From the NCBI GenBank assembly GCA_013374855.1, contig CP055308.1:725310-789309 (forward strand): a stretch of DNA of 64,000 bases. Reading direction: 5' to 3'. Under the pieces are notes generated by a model. The model searched no databases. It saw only the letters and a list, made by a program, of their open reading frames with translations, and was not told where the DNA came from. This DNA is from Candidatus Woesebacteria bacterium (lineage in GTDB: Bacteria > Patescibacteriota > Microgenomatia > UBA8517). Shown piece after piece: positions 9,360-20,699 of this stretch. The translations under genes were made by a program, and so were the position numbers. Each line of letters opens with the position of its first letter. Position 1 is the first letter of the stretch.

Positions 9360-9958
9360 TGGTTACCGGCAGAACAATAACCATTACAATTAGGATCAGT
9401 GTAATTAGGCTGGCACTCAGGCATACCATCATCTCTGTAAGTTATGGGTTGGCAAACACCAGAGAAACAACCATAGATAGGCGGTTTTCTATAAGGATCA
9501 GGTGCATTAGGACTTGCCACATAATAATTATAACCATAATTTGTATCCGGCCCGCATATATTTCCAACACAACCAAGTTCTATAGCCTGTTGATCTTTAC
9601 TATTCTCTAAATTGGCAAAAATCCAAAACCACTTGCTACAAGTTGAGGAGGTATCAGGTTGATAACGATAATTATCTTTTGTCCGGGGGTCACAAGGTAT
9701 CTTTGAGATATATGTTTTCATAAAATTCGCATCTGGGTCTTTACAATTAGGCAGGGAAGAGGGATAACAATTATAATCCTTCTCATACTCTTCAAGAGCA
9801 ATCTTAATTCTATTTAAATCAGATTTTCTCCTTGCATCATAACCCTTAAAAATTTGTCTTTTATAAACAAAAACACCCAACAAGACCAATAAAGACAAAA
9901 AGGCAACTACAACAAGAAGCTCTATCATTGTTAATCCCAAAAACAATTTCCTTTTCAT
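9344..9958 (-). CDS. type IV pilin (Cys-rich C-terminal domain)
   Basis: MKRKLFLGLTMIELLVVVAFLSLL...YDARRKSDLNRIKIALEEY. A start at the internal Met (9958) avoids overlap with pilD; the track ORF extends to 9997. Confidence 0.7.
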   Translation of the reverse strand: MKRKLFLGLTMIELLVVVAFLSLLVLLGVFVYKRQIFKGYDARRKSDLNRIKIALEEYEKDYNCYPSSLPNCKDPDANFMKTYISKIPCDPRTKDNYRYQPDTSSTCSKWFWIFANLENSKDQQAIELGCVGNICGPDTNYGYNYYVASPNAPDPYRKPPIYGCFSGVCQPITYRDDGMPECQPNYTDPNCNGYCSAGNQCNPY

Positions 9959-9959
9959 A

Positions 9960-10739
9960 TTAAAAAAAGCTAAATTTATCCTCCAAGAACAAAACAAGCC
10001 AAAAAGAAAAAATCAAGAAAGGACCAAAAGGTACAGGTCTGCCAAATTTTGCCTTGCCCATTAAAACAAGAATAATCCCAACTAAAGCACCAGTCAAGAA
10101 AGAAACAAAGATCCACACCAAAGCACTAGGAAAACCCAAAAAAAATCCCAAAGGCAAGGCGAGTTTTACATCCCCCAAACCCATCCCTCTACCTTTTGTA
10201 ATAAGGCTTAAGAAAAGCAAAATAAAAGACAACAAAAAAGCAAAAAATAATCGCATCCAAAAAACACTATCTGAAATCAGAATAGAGGTAATAATAAAAA
10301 GGAAAAATAAAAAGAACACAGGAATATCAAAGATAACTTTATACTCCAAATCAATGATAAAAATAATTTCAAGGACTAAAAAGACTATCAACAAATAGGG
10401 CAAAGCAACCCAGGACAGGGAGGACAGGGTCGGATCCTGTCCAATAAAAAATATTCCATTTTTGAGAAAAATATAGACCAAAACAAAACCAACAGCAGTA
10501 GAAAATTCAATAAAGGGGTAGCGCCAAGAAATTCTCTTTTTACAGTTGCGGCATTTGCCGCCAAGTGCGATAAAGGAAAAAAGAGGAATATTGTCATACC
10601 AGCTGATTGTTTTTTTACAGATAGGGCAAAACGACCTCTCAAAAACAAAAGGTATTCCCCGTGGCAGTCTATAAGTCAAAGCGCTTATAAAAGAACCAAA
10701 GATTAAACCCAAAAGGAAAATAAAAAATACGAACAACAT
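9960..10739 (-). CDS. pilD: prepilin peptidase (A24 family) PilD
   Basis: N-terminal CPICKK...CRNCKK zinc-binding tetracysteine, about 8 TM helices, and the GMGLGDVKL catalytic Asp box. Confidence 0.85.
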   Translation of the reverse strand: MLFVFFIFLLGLIFGSFISALTYRLPRGIPFVFERSFCPICKKTISWYDNIPLFSFIALGGKCRNCKKRISWRYPFIEFSTAVGFVLVYIFLKNGIFFIGQDPTLSSLSWVALPYLLIVFLVLEIIFIIDLEYKVIFDIPVFFLFFLFIITSILISDSVFWMRLFFAFLLSFILLFLSLITKGRGMGLGDVKLALPLGFFLGFPSALVWIFVSFLTGALVGIILVLMGKAKFGRPVPFGPFLIFSFWLVLFLEDKFSFF

Positions 10740-10844
10740 ATACTAAAAAATAGTAAAACAAAAAAAATAACAAAGCAAATTAACAACTGAGACACAAAAA
10801 ACTACCAAGGAAAAGCTCACAAAAAAGGAGAAAAGTTGTAAAAA

Positions 10845-11438
10845 CTACGGAAGACAAATATAACACCCAGTAGCGCTACCAGAATCTGGAGCAGTCTTAC
10901 ATGTAGCATCATTCGGACAAGCGTCAGGAGGAAAATCAACTGGTAATGTAGCTTTACACCTCTTCCAAGCTTCATCTCTAAAATTTGCAGAATATGGCTT
11001 CCAACAAACATAAGTACTATCTCCCTGGGTCTGCCTGTTATAAATAAAGAGATGCTTCTGGCTGCCCGTTATTCTAGTTACAAAAGATGCTTTCAACTCA
11101 GAGGTGCCACCAGCAGAAAGATTTTTCAGCATTGGCTGACCACCGTTAACAGGATCCCTATCGCTTTTAATTTCCACCAGACCGCTGCTGAGAGGCTTAG
11201 TAGTATCATTAGCACTGGAATTCCAAGGATAGTAACCATTAGATGTATAGAACCTATCTATTCCACCAATCAACTGTTCTGCGTCTGATCTCAAACCAGT
11301 ATCTTTACTCCTATTTATTTGTTCAATCGGATTGATAGCAGACAATACTGCAACGGCAAGAATTCCAAGAACAGCAATAACAATTAGAAGCTCAATGAGG
11401 GTAAATCCTTTTTTGTAACTATGCATATCTATTTTCAA
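10845..11438 (-). CDS. pilA: type IV pilin, probable major pilin
   Basis: KKGFTLIELLIVIAVLGILAVAVLSAINPIEQ. It is the gene nearest the repeat-rich upstream region. The track ORF starts at a TTG (11438); an ATG at 11426 gives the leader MHSYKKG|FTLIE. Confidence 0.75.
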   Translation of the reverse strand: MKIDMHSYKKGFTLIELLIVIAVLGILAVAVLSAINPIEQINRSKDTGLRSDAEQLIGGIDRFYTSNGYYPWNSSANDTTKPLSSGLVEIKSDRDPVNGGQPMLKNLSAGGTSELKASFVTRITGSQKHLFIYNRQTQGDSTYVCWKPYSANFRDEAWKRCKATLPVDFPPDACPNDATCKTAPDSGSATGCYICLP

Positions 11439-11439
11439 T

Positions 11440-11754
11440 ATAGAACAATATTTTCCAACTTGTCAAGAGGCAACTTCTCCACTTTATCAACTCTACAAAT
11501 AATTTCACCAATTCTGATACACGAAAACAGAAATTCTAAACTCCAAATCCTAAACAAATGATTAATGGCTAATGGTCAATGGTTAAGGTGTTTTGTTTAT
11601 GGTTTGGAATTTGTAAAATTGGATATTGTTTGAGATTTAGGATTTAGATATTAGGATTTATTGCATCAGCCATCGGTAAATTGTTATTTGTCTAGAATTT
11701 AGATATTAGAATTTAGAATTTATTGCATTAACCATCAACCATTAATCATTAATA
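11440..11754 (-). promoter_or_regulatory. pilA upstream regulatory region with a -35/-10-like pair and direct and inverted repeats
   Basis: On the minus strand a TTGACA is at 11466-11461 and a TATATT at 11442-11437. Two copies of an ATTTAGATATTAG(G/A)A...TTTATTGCAT motif sit at 11641-11666 and 11697-11729. Imperfect inverted repeats ATGATTAATGGCTAATGGTCAATGGTT (11558-11584) and AACCATCAACCATTAATCATTAAT (11730-11753) flank them. Confidence 0.4.
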
Positions 11755-12966
11755 CTAAAACTGACTTGTAAGATTATAAATTGGCAGGATCACAGCAATA
11801 ACTAAAAACCCTACGCCTATTCCTAAAACAATCATAACTAAAGGCTCAATAGCAGCAGTTAAAGCCTTTACTTTCTGATCAGACTCTACTTCAAACACAT
11901 GGCTGACTTTAGCCAAGACTTCACTCATCTTGCCGGTCTCTTCTCCAACTGCAATCATCTGAGAAAGTATATAAGGAAAAGCTTCAGGATGTTTACTAAA
12001 AGAAAAAGCAATGGGAAAGCCCTTTTCAACATCTTTGGCAGACTCATCAAGAGCCTCAGAAATTACCGCGTTTCCTACAACCTGCGAGGAAATACTCAAC
12101 GAATCAAGAATGGAGACCCCAGTACCTGTTAGAAGACTTAACGTTCTTGTCAGTTCCGTTAAGATAACCTGTCTTTGTAAATCACCAAAGATGGGAATCT
12201 TCAAAATAAGTTCATCCACCTTACGCTTCCCCGACTTTGTCTTGCGATAACCAATAAAAAAATTAAGGAAGACAGCAAAAGCAGCTAAAAACAACCACCA
12301 AAACTTAGCAAAAAAACCGGAGACATTCATTAGTATTTTAGTGGGGGTAGGGAGTTCGGCCCCAAACTCGGAATACAAAGAAAGCATCTTGGGAATTACA
12401 AAAACCATCATCACAAAAGCAACAACAATCATTCCTATAACTACTATAACAGGGTAAATAAGAGCTCCTTTTACTTTACCTTTAAACTCAATCTGTTTCT
12501 CCAAAGTATCAGACAGACGAGAGAGAACATTATCCAAAACACCACCAGCTTCCCCTGCCTTTATTAAAGCGACATATGTTTGACTGAAAACATCAGGATA
12601 CTTGGATATAGCGGAAGAAAATGACTGTCCCTCTTCCACATCAGCTAAAATCTGAGAAACAATCTCCTGCATTCTGCCTCGCGATTGTACTTTTAATATA
12701 TTCAATGCCTCCGTTATTGGAAGACCTGCACCGACCATTGTAGAGATCTGACGAGTAAAATTACTCACTTCCTCCGCTTTTACTTTCTTTCCCAAACCTT
12801 CTATAAGAGATAGTAAATTACTCTTTGCTTCAACAGAAAGGGAAATCAATATCAACCCCTTTTCCCTAATAAGCTGGGCCGCATACTTCTCATCATTTGC
12901 CTCCACTTTTCCCCTCACTAACTTGCCGTTTTTGTCTTTTGCCTTGAAATTAAAGGTTTTCATCAA
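11755..12966 (-). CDS. pilC: type IV pilus inner-membrane platform protein PilC (GspF family)
   Basis: Two GspF repeats (..FSSAISKYPDVFSQTYVALIKAGEAGG.. and ..FSFSKHPEAFPYILSQMIAVGEETG..) plus TM helices. Confidence 0.85.
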   Translation of the reverse strand: MMKTFNFKAKDKNGKLVRGKVEANDEKYAAQLIREKGLILISLSVEAKSNLLSLIEGLGKKVKAEEVSNFTRQISTMVGAGLPITEALNILKVQSRGRMQEIVSQILADVEEGQSFSSAISKYPDVFSQTYVALIKAGEAGGVLDNVLSRLSDTLEKQIEFKGKVKGALIYPVIVVIGMIVVAFVMMVFVIPKMLSLYSEFGAELPTPTKILMNVSGFFAKFWWLFLAAFAVFLNFFIGYRKTKSGKRKVDELILKIPIFGDLQRQVILTELTRTLSLLTGTGVSILDSLSISSQVVGNAVISEALDESAKDVEKGFPIAFSFSKHPEAFPYILSQMIAVGEETGKMSEVLAKVSHVFEVESDQKVKALTAAIEPLVMIVLGIGVGFLVIAVILPIYNLTSQF

Positions 12967-12971
12967 AGATG

Positions 12972-14030
12972 TTAACCAACTCCCAGCAGACGAGCCAACT
13001 CGTCAGGGCGGAGAGAATAAGATTGAGCTACCTCCAACGAGATTTTGCCAGATTTTACAAGCTCGACCAAAGAGGATTCCATTGTCCTCATACCAAACTC
13101 GTGGGAAGTCTGGATGATGTTATCAAGAAGATGAGTTTTTCCTTCTCTTATAACTGTCCGAACAGCAGGTGTGCCAAGCATAACTTCATAAGCAACCACA
13201 CGCCCCCCACCAATTGCCGGCAAAAGCCGCATAGAAAAAACGCCTTCAAGAGTATTAGAAAGCTGCAATCTCACTTGACCCTGTTGGTTTTGTGGAAAAA
13301 CATCAACAATCCTATCTATAGTCTGAGATGCCGAATTAGTGTGGAGAGTAGCAAAAACAAGGTGGCCAGTTTCGGCAATAGTTAGAGCAGCAGCTATTGT
13401 TTCATAATCCCTCATCTCCCCAACCATTACAACATTCGGGTCCTCGCGTAAAACGCTCCTTAGTGCTATTTGCCAAGAATGAGTATCATTACCCACTTCT
13501 CTTTGAGAGATAATAGACTTCTTAGGCGGTATAACAAACTCAATCGGATCCTCAATCGTTACAATATGTTCACTCCTTGTCCTATTAATCTCATCAAGTA
13601 CTGCAGCCAAAGTAGTAGACTTCCCGTGTCCCGTAGGCCCCGTGACGAGAATAAAACCCTGCCTTAGATTTGCAAATGAATGAAGAATCTTGGGCAAGCC
13701 GAGTTCTTCTATTGTCAAAATCTGACTAGGAATTACATGAAAAGAAAGAGAGTAAAATCCCCTCTGGTAATAAGCATTAACCCTAAAACGAGAGTTCGAA
13801 AGGTAAAAGGAAAAATCAAGATCTCTATTAACCTTAAATCTCTCGTACTGCTCAGGTTTTAACACCAAAGGAAGAGCTTCTTCCATGAACTCCCTCGTCA
13901 CAATTGGTTCGTTCGGAACAGAATATAAGCTCCCATCTATCCTAATACAAGGAGGAACCCCGACTATCAGGTGAAGATCTGAGGCTTTTTTCTCAACCGC
14001 TAAATTTAAAAGCTCTATTACGCTCAACAT
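12972..14030 (-). CDS. pilT: twitching-motility (retraction) ATPase PilT
   Basis: Walker A GPTGHGKST, plus the AHLVFATLHTNSA and His-box motifs of PilT/GspE ATPases. About 350 aa, with no N-terminal GSPII domain. Confidence 0.85.
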   Translation of the reverse strand: MLSVIELLNLAVEKKASDLHLIVGVPPCIRIDGSLYSVPNEPIVTREFMEEALPLVLKPEQYERFKVNRDLDFSFYLSNSRFRVNAYYQRGFYSLSFHVIPSQILTIEELGLPKILHSFANLRQGFILVTGPTGHGKSTTLAAVLDEINRTRSEHIVTIEDPIEFVIPPKKSIISQREVGNDTHSWQIALRSVLREDPNVVMVGEMRDYETIAAALTIAETGHLVFATLHTNSASQTIDRIVDVFPQNQQGQVRLQLSNTLEGVFSMRLLPAIGGGRVVAYEVMLGTPAVRTVIREGKTHLLDNIIQTSHEFGMRTMESSLVELVKSGKISLEVAQSYSLRPDELARLLGVG

Positions 14031-14083
14031 AGGGCAGCTACATCATTATAACAACAATACCACAAAACACCAAGAAACAAAAT

Positions 14084-15814
14084 CTACTCCTGGGCAACTC
14101 TCAAAACTTCTTCTACAGTTGATATTCCCTCAATAACCTTCAAGTATCCGTCTTGCTTCATTGTAACCATACCTTCTGATCTTGCTTGCTTCTCAATTTC
14201 TGCTGCAGGGCTTCGTTCTAAAATCATTCTACTTATTTTTTCAGTAACAGGCATTACTTCAAAAATTCCAATCCTCCCGTAATATCCACTATCTCCACAT
14301 CCTGCGCAACCTTTCCCGCGATACAAAATGTTATCCTTCTTGTTAGACGGCCAAAGGCTACCCAACACCTCCTTAATTTCTTTTATAACCTTCTCATCTG
14401 CTTCATACTCCTCTTTGCAATCCTCGTGGATCTTTCTCACTACCCTTTGTGCCAAAACGGCGGTCATTGATGAAGCTAAAAGATAAGGCTCAGCACCCAT
14501 ATCAAGTAAGCGAGGCAGAGCCCCAGAAGCATCGTTCGTATGAAGTGTGGAAAAGACCAAATGACCAGTTAATGAAGCCTGTATTGCAAGATCTGCAGTC
14601 TCACGATCCCTTATCTCTCCAACAAGAATAATATTCGGATCTTGCCTTAAAAACGCCCTTAAACCTGAAGCAAAAGTCAATCCTGCTGCTGGGTTAACCT
14701 GAACCTGATTAACACCCGGTATCTTGTATTCTATCGGGTCTTCAAGAGTAACAATATTAACCTTCGGAGTATTAATTCTTGAAATAATAGAGTAAAGAGT
14801 AGTTGTCTTACCAGAACCTGTAGGGCCGCAGATTATTATTATTCCATGAGGACGCAAGATGGCCTCTTCCAGATTTTTAAGTGCAAGTCCCCGCAATCCA
14901 AGTTCAGGAAGATCGGGTACTCCACCAGTCTTTTTCAAAAGCCTCATTACAACCTTTTCCCCCCAAGCTGTGGGTAACGTAGAAACACGAAGGTCAACAT
15001 CTTCTGAAGCTTCTGTAAAATTAAATCTTCCATCCTGTGGCACCCGCTTCTCATCAATCTTAAGACCAGAAAGAATCTTAATCCTTGAAACCAAAGCATC
15101 ATGCAAAGGTTTTGGAACCGTTAATTTTTCCTGCAAGATACCATCAATTCTGTAACGCACTCGGGTCGTTTTTTCCTGCGGCTCTATATGAATATCTGAT
15201 GCTCTAGCTCTTACCGCAAAATCAAGAATATTCCTTACAATTTCTGCTATTTTTTCGTCTTTTATAAAAGTCTGTCGGCCAACATCAATAATTTTAGAAT
15301 AACCTGATTCAGTTGTAACATCCTTTAAAGCCTCCGTGACTTCTTTTGATAAAGAGGTGGCATATTTTACAGCAATAAATTCATCTATTTGTCCTTCTTC
15401 AGCTGCCAATGGCCTTACTTTAAAACCAGTTTTTTGTTCTACAAACTCTATAGCAAACATATCCAGAGGATTAGCCATTGCAAGTTCCATAACATTCGTT
15501 GTTCTATCAATTGACAAGGGGAAAACCTTAAATCTTTCGGCTATTTCTTTGGGTAGAACAGCCATAGCCTCTGGAGATAATGGTTGAGTAGAAAGATCCA
15601 CAAAGTCAAAATTATTAAGAGATGCTTTGGCTTTAGCTAAATCTTGAGAAGAAACGACATTCAAAGATTTAATAATTTCCTCTTCATCCTTTCCAGTTTG
15701 AACCACCTTAAGCTTAACTTCCTCTGCTTTCTCTTGATTTAGAACACCTTCCTTAACAAGAAAATCAATCAAACCTGTATTTTGTTGAAAGCCGTTCTTT
15801 TTATGGGCAGACAT
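14084..15814 (-). CDS. pilB: type IV pilus assembly (extension) ATPase PilB/GspE
   Basis: N-terminal GSPII-type domain, Walker A GPTGSGKTTTL, HLVFSTLHTNDA, and a CxxC...CxxC tetracysteine. Confidence 0.85.
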   Translation of the reverse strand: MSAHKKNGFQQNTGLIDFLVKEGVLNQEKAEEVKLKVVQTGKDEEEIIKSLNVVSSQDLAKAKASLNNFDFVDLSTQPLSPEAMAVLPKEIAERFKVFPLSIDRTTNVMELAMANPLDMFAIEFVEQKTGFKVRPLAAEEGQIDEFIAVKYATSLSKEVTEALKDVTTESGYSKIIDVGRQTFIKDEKIAEIVRNILDFAVRARASDIHIEPQEKTTRVRYRIDGILQEKLTVPKPLHDALVSRIKILSGLKIDEKRVPQDGRFNFTEASEDVDLRVSTLPTAWGEKVVMRLLKKTGGVPDLPELGLRGLALKNLEEAILRPHGIIIICGPTGSGKTTTLYSIISRINTPKVNIVTLEDPIEYKIPGVNQVQVNPAAGLTFASGLRAFLRQDPNIILVGEIRDRETADLAIQASLTGHLVFSTLHTNDASGALPRLLDMGAEPYLLASSMTAVLAQRVVRKIHEDCKEEYEADEKVIKEIKEVLGSLWPSNKKDNILYRGKGCAGCGDSGYYGRIGIFEVMPVTEKISRMILERSPAAEIEKQARSEGMVTMKQDGYLKVIEGISTVEEVLRVAQE

Positions 15815-15873
15815 ACACTAACTTTACATCAGAAAAAATATTGTATCAAGTCCAGGTAAAAATCTGATAATAT

Positions 15874-16491
15874 ATGCCTATGCACGCGTACCTCTTGCAT
15901 TCTAGAAAAAACAATTCCATTTTGGAAGAAGAAATAAACAAAATTCTCCAAAAAGAGGGGGCAAAAAAAATCGAGTTTCCAGTTAAAACAATAAAAGAAG
16001 TTGAGGAATTAAAAAAAACTACAAAAATAATAAATCCACAAAAGAAAGCATTAATCATGCGAGATATAGAAAAAGCCTCTTTACCAGCACTCAACGCCAT
16101 GCTTAAAATTCTAGAAGAGCCTCCCGGCAATACTTGTTTTATTCTCACAACCCGTAACTTAAATTCAGTTATTGGTACTATAAAGTCAAGATGTCAAATA
16201 ATTACTATTCGCGAAAAAGCCGTACTTGAAAAAGAAAAGGAAGAAGAAATCCAAAAATTCCTAGAGGCAAAAGAGGGAGAAAAATTTTTGTTTATAAATA
16301 AAATAAAAAAAAGAGAAGAAGCTATAAATCTTCTGGAAAACTTAATAAGCTATATTGAACCAAAAATAAAAGACAACCCAAACAAATCAGAACTTGCCAA
16401 AATACTAGAACTTTCCAAAAACGCACTAATTGCTATAAAATCAAACGGTAATATAAAACTTCAGTTGACAAAAATAGCAATCAACCTTTAG
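15874..16491 (+). CDS. holB: DNA polymerase III delta-prime-like subunit (short)
   Basis: ..LKILEEPPGNTCFILTTRNLNSVIGTIKSRCQII.. shows the clamp-loader sensor motifs. Only ~205 aa. Confidence 0.55.
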   Translation: MPMHAYLLHSRKNNSILEEEINKILQKEGAKKIEFPVKTIKEVEELKKTTKIINPQKKALIMRDIEKASLPALNAMLKILEEPPGNTCFILTTRNLNSVIGTIKSRCQIITIREKAVLEKEKEEEIQKFLEAKEGEKFLFINKIKKREEAINLLENLISYIEPKIKDNPNKSELAKILELSKNALIAIKSNGNIKLQLTKIAINL

Positions 16492-16535
16492 GATACCTTT
16501 ATCATCAAAATAAATCTAATTTGAGGTATAATTAA

Positions 16536-18485
<1,950 letters not shown>

Positions 18486-18553
18486 TTCTCCTATTGACAC
18501 AAAATACGCCAAAAAATAAAATAGCCGTAAGCTAAACTGAAACCTCTTTCTTT

Positions 18554-20653
18554 ATGGAAAACATAAACCTATTTTTGGAAATAATAATCGCAATAAGTGT
18601 TATCGGAATATCCTTCGGAATCTACTTGGCAAAATATGTTCTATCACAAAAATTACCTAAAGGAGAAGCAGAAGAAGTGAGTAAAGCCATACAATCAGGA
18701 GCAAATGCATATCTTAAAAGGCAGTTTAAAACAATTACACCTCTTGTGGTAGTTATAACGATTTTCCTTTACATCACCGCTCCTGTAAAAGAATTGGCAT
18801 TAGCTCGATCGCTAGCATTTGTTATGGGAGCTTTATTCTCAAGCATTATAGGAACAGTTGGAATGAATATCGCTACAAAAGCAAACGCAAGAGTAACTCA
18901 AGCTGCAAACAAAGGATTCAAAGAAGCTATGGTTCTAGCCTTCAGAGCAGGAGCAACTACAGGAATGTTTACAATAGGGCTCGGCCTTTTGGGTGCCACA
19001 ATCATATATTCAATTTTTAGGGAAAAAGCAACAGAAGTCTTAGTTGGATTTGGATTTGGGGGATCACTTCTTGCTCTTTTTATGAGAGTTGGAGGGGGGA
19101 TTTACACTAAGGCAGCAGACATCGGAGCAGATCTTGTAGGTAAAGTAGAAAAAAACATACCAGAAGATGATCCAAGAAACGCTGCCGTTATAGCTGATCA
19201 AGTAGGAGATAATGTAGGAGATTGCGCAGGAATGGCAGCTGATATTTTCGAATCCTACGAAGTAACTTTGGTTGCCGCAATGATATTAGGAGGGATAACT
19301 TTCGGACTTCCCGGTGTTCTTTTTCCACTGGCAGTTAGGGCACTGGGGATTATCACATCAATGATAGGAATACTCTCTGTTAAACCAAAAGGAAATACTG
19401 TATCTGACGGTTCGAGAGCAATTATCAAGTCTTTCTTGATTTCCTCAATTTTCTCAATCGCAGGATTCTGGTATTTTTCCAATTCTATTCTCCACAGCTC
19501 AAACCCAGCCATTGCTGCTACTTTGGGAATAGTCTTGGCTTTTGTAATATTCCTGCTAACAGATTATGCTACAGGAAACCATGCCCCAGTCAAAAACATA
19601 GCCAAACAAGCGCAAAGCGGAGCAGCGACTACTATTTTAAGTGGTTTGGTTGAAGGATTTTCTTCTACAGCTTGGGCAATTGTTGTTATAGGTGTTACTA
19701 TAATAGCTTCATTTCTTATCTTCAACGACCCACTTGAGGCAGCCTACGGTGTAGCTCTTGCTGGTATGGGAATGTTAACAACTACAGGGTTAATTGTTTC
19801 AATGGATTCCTTTGGTCCTATCGCCGACAACGCCCAAGGGGTAGCAGAGCTTGCCAAGATGAAAGGGAAAATTCTAAACATACTTCCCAAATTAGACAGC
19901 ATCGGAAACACAACTAAAGCAACAACTAAAGGTTTTGCTATAGGAAGCGCTGTTATTGCAGCAGTATCTCTATTTGAATCTTATATGACTGATGCTGGTC
20001 TTTCAGGAATAAACATAGCAACACCATACTCCTTTGTAGGTCTCCTCATAGGTGGGGCAATACCCTTCCTTTTTTCTGCACTAAGTATAAAAGCAGTTTC
20101 AGAGAGTGCCTATGCTGTTATAAATGAGGTAAGAAAACAATTTAAAGAGATACCAGGTATTATGAAAGGAACCACAAAACCCAATTACGGAAAGGTTGTA
20201 GATCTTACAACAAAAGCAGCTCTTTCTGCTCTTGCAACACCTGCAATTATTGCCATAACCACACCTATTTTAGTAGGATTACTTCTTAAAGCAGAAGGGT
20301 TAGGAGCTTTTCTTGCAGGATCAATACTTTCAGGCCAACTTCTAGCGGTATTTATGGCTAACGCTGGAGGAGCCTGGGACAATGCAAAGAAAATGATAGA
20401 AGATGGGCTATATGGTGGAAAAGGATCAGATACCCACAAAGCAGCGGTTGTAGGAGATACCGTAGGAGATCCTCTAAAAGATACTGCGGGTCCTGCTATG
20501 AATCCTCTTATAAAAGTAATTAATCTGGTAGCTTTGCTTATTGCTCCAATTGTAAAAAACCAAATACACCAAACAACTACCATCATTGTATCAATCATCC
20601 TAATAATAACAATTATCACCTCTCTCTATAGAGGGTATCAAAAAACATTGTAA
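18554..20653 (+). CDS. hppA: membrane-bound proton-translocating pyrophosphatase, K+-independent type
   Basis: [49 protein letters not shown], and [16 protein letters not shown] (a Lys at the K+-dependence position). Confidence 0.9.
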   Translation: MENINLFLEIIIAISVIGISFGIYLAKYVLSQKLPKGEAEEVSKAIQSGANAYLKRQFKTITPLVVVITIFLYITAPVKELALARSLAFVMGALFSSIIGTVGMNIATKANARVTQAANKGFKEAMVLAFRAGATTGMFTIGLGLLGATIIYSIFREKATEVLVGFGFGGSLLALFMRVGGGIYTKAADIGADLVGKVEKNIPEDDPRNAAVIADQVGDNVGDCAGMAADIFESYEVTLVAAMILGGITFGLPGVLFPLAVRALGIITSMIGILSVKPKGNTVSDGSRAIIKSFLISSIFSIAGFWYFSNSILHSSNPAIAATLGIVLAFVIFLLTDYATGNHAPVKNIAKQAQSGAATTILSGLVEGFSSTAWAIVVIGVTIIASFLIFNDPLEAAYGVALAGMGMLTTTGLIVSMDSFGPIADNAQGVAELAKMKGKILNILPKLDSIGNTTKATTKGFAIGSAVIAAVSLFESYMTDAGLSGINIATPYSFVGLLIGGAIPFLFSALSIKAVSESAYAVINEVRKQFKEIPGIMKGTTKPNYGKVVDLTTKAALSALATPAIIAITTPILVGLLLKAEGLGAFLAGSILSGQLLAVFMANAGGAWDNAKKMIEDGLYGGKGSDTHKAAVVGDTVGDPLKDTAGPAMNPLIKVINLVALLIAPIVKNQIHQTTTIIVSIILIITIITSLYRGYQKTL

Positions 20654-20699
20654 GTCTAATACTAATTGAATAATAAAGCCAATTTTGATAAAAAAACTA

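Noticed and set aside
11440-11560. Sigma-54 (-24/-12) promoter for pilA
   Set aside because: No GG-N10-GC element at the appropriate spacing. A sigma70-like TTGACA/TATATT pair is present instead, and no pilR/pilS-type genes are in the window.
11560-11760. Possible CRISPR array suggested by the repeated motifs upstream of pilA
   Set aside because: Only two or three imperfect repeat copies with irregular spacing, no cas genes nearby and an A/T-rich composition. This fits a regulatory region better than a CRISPR array.
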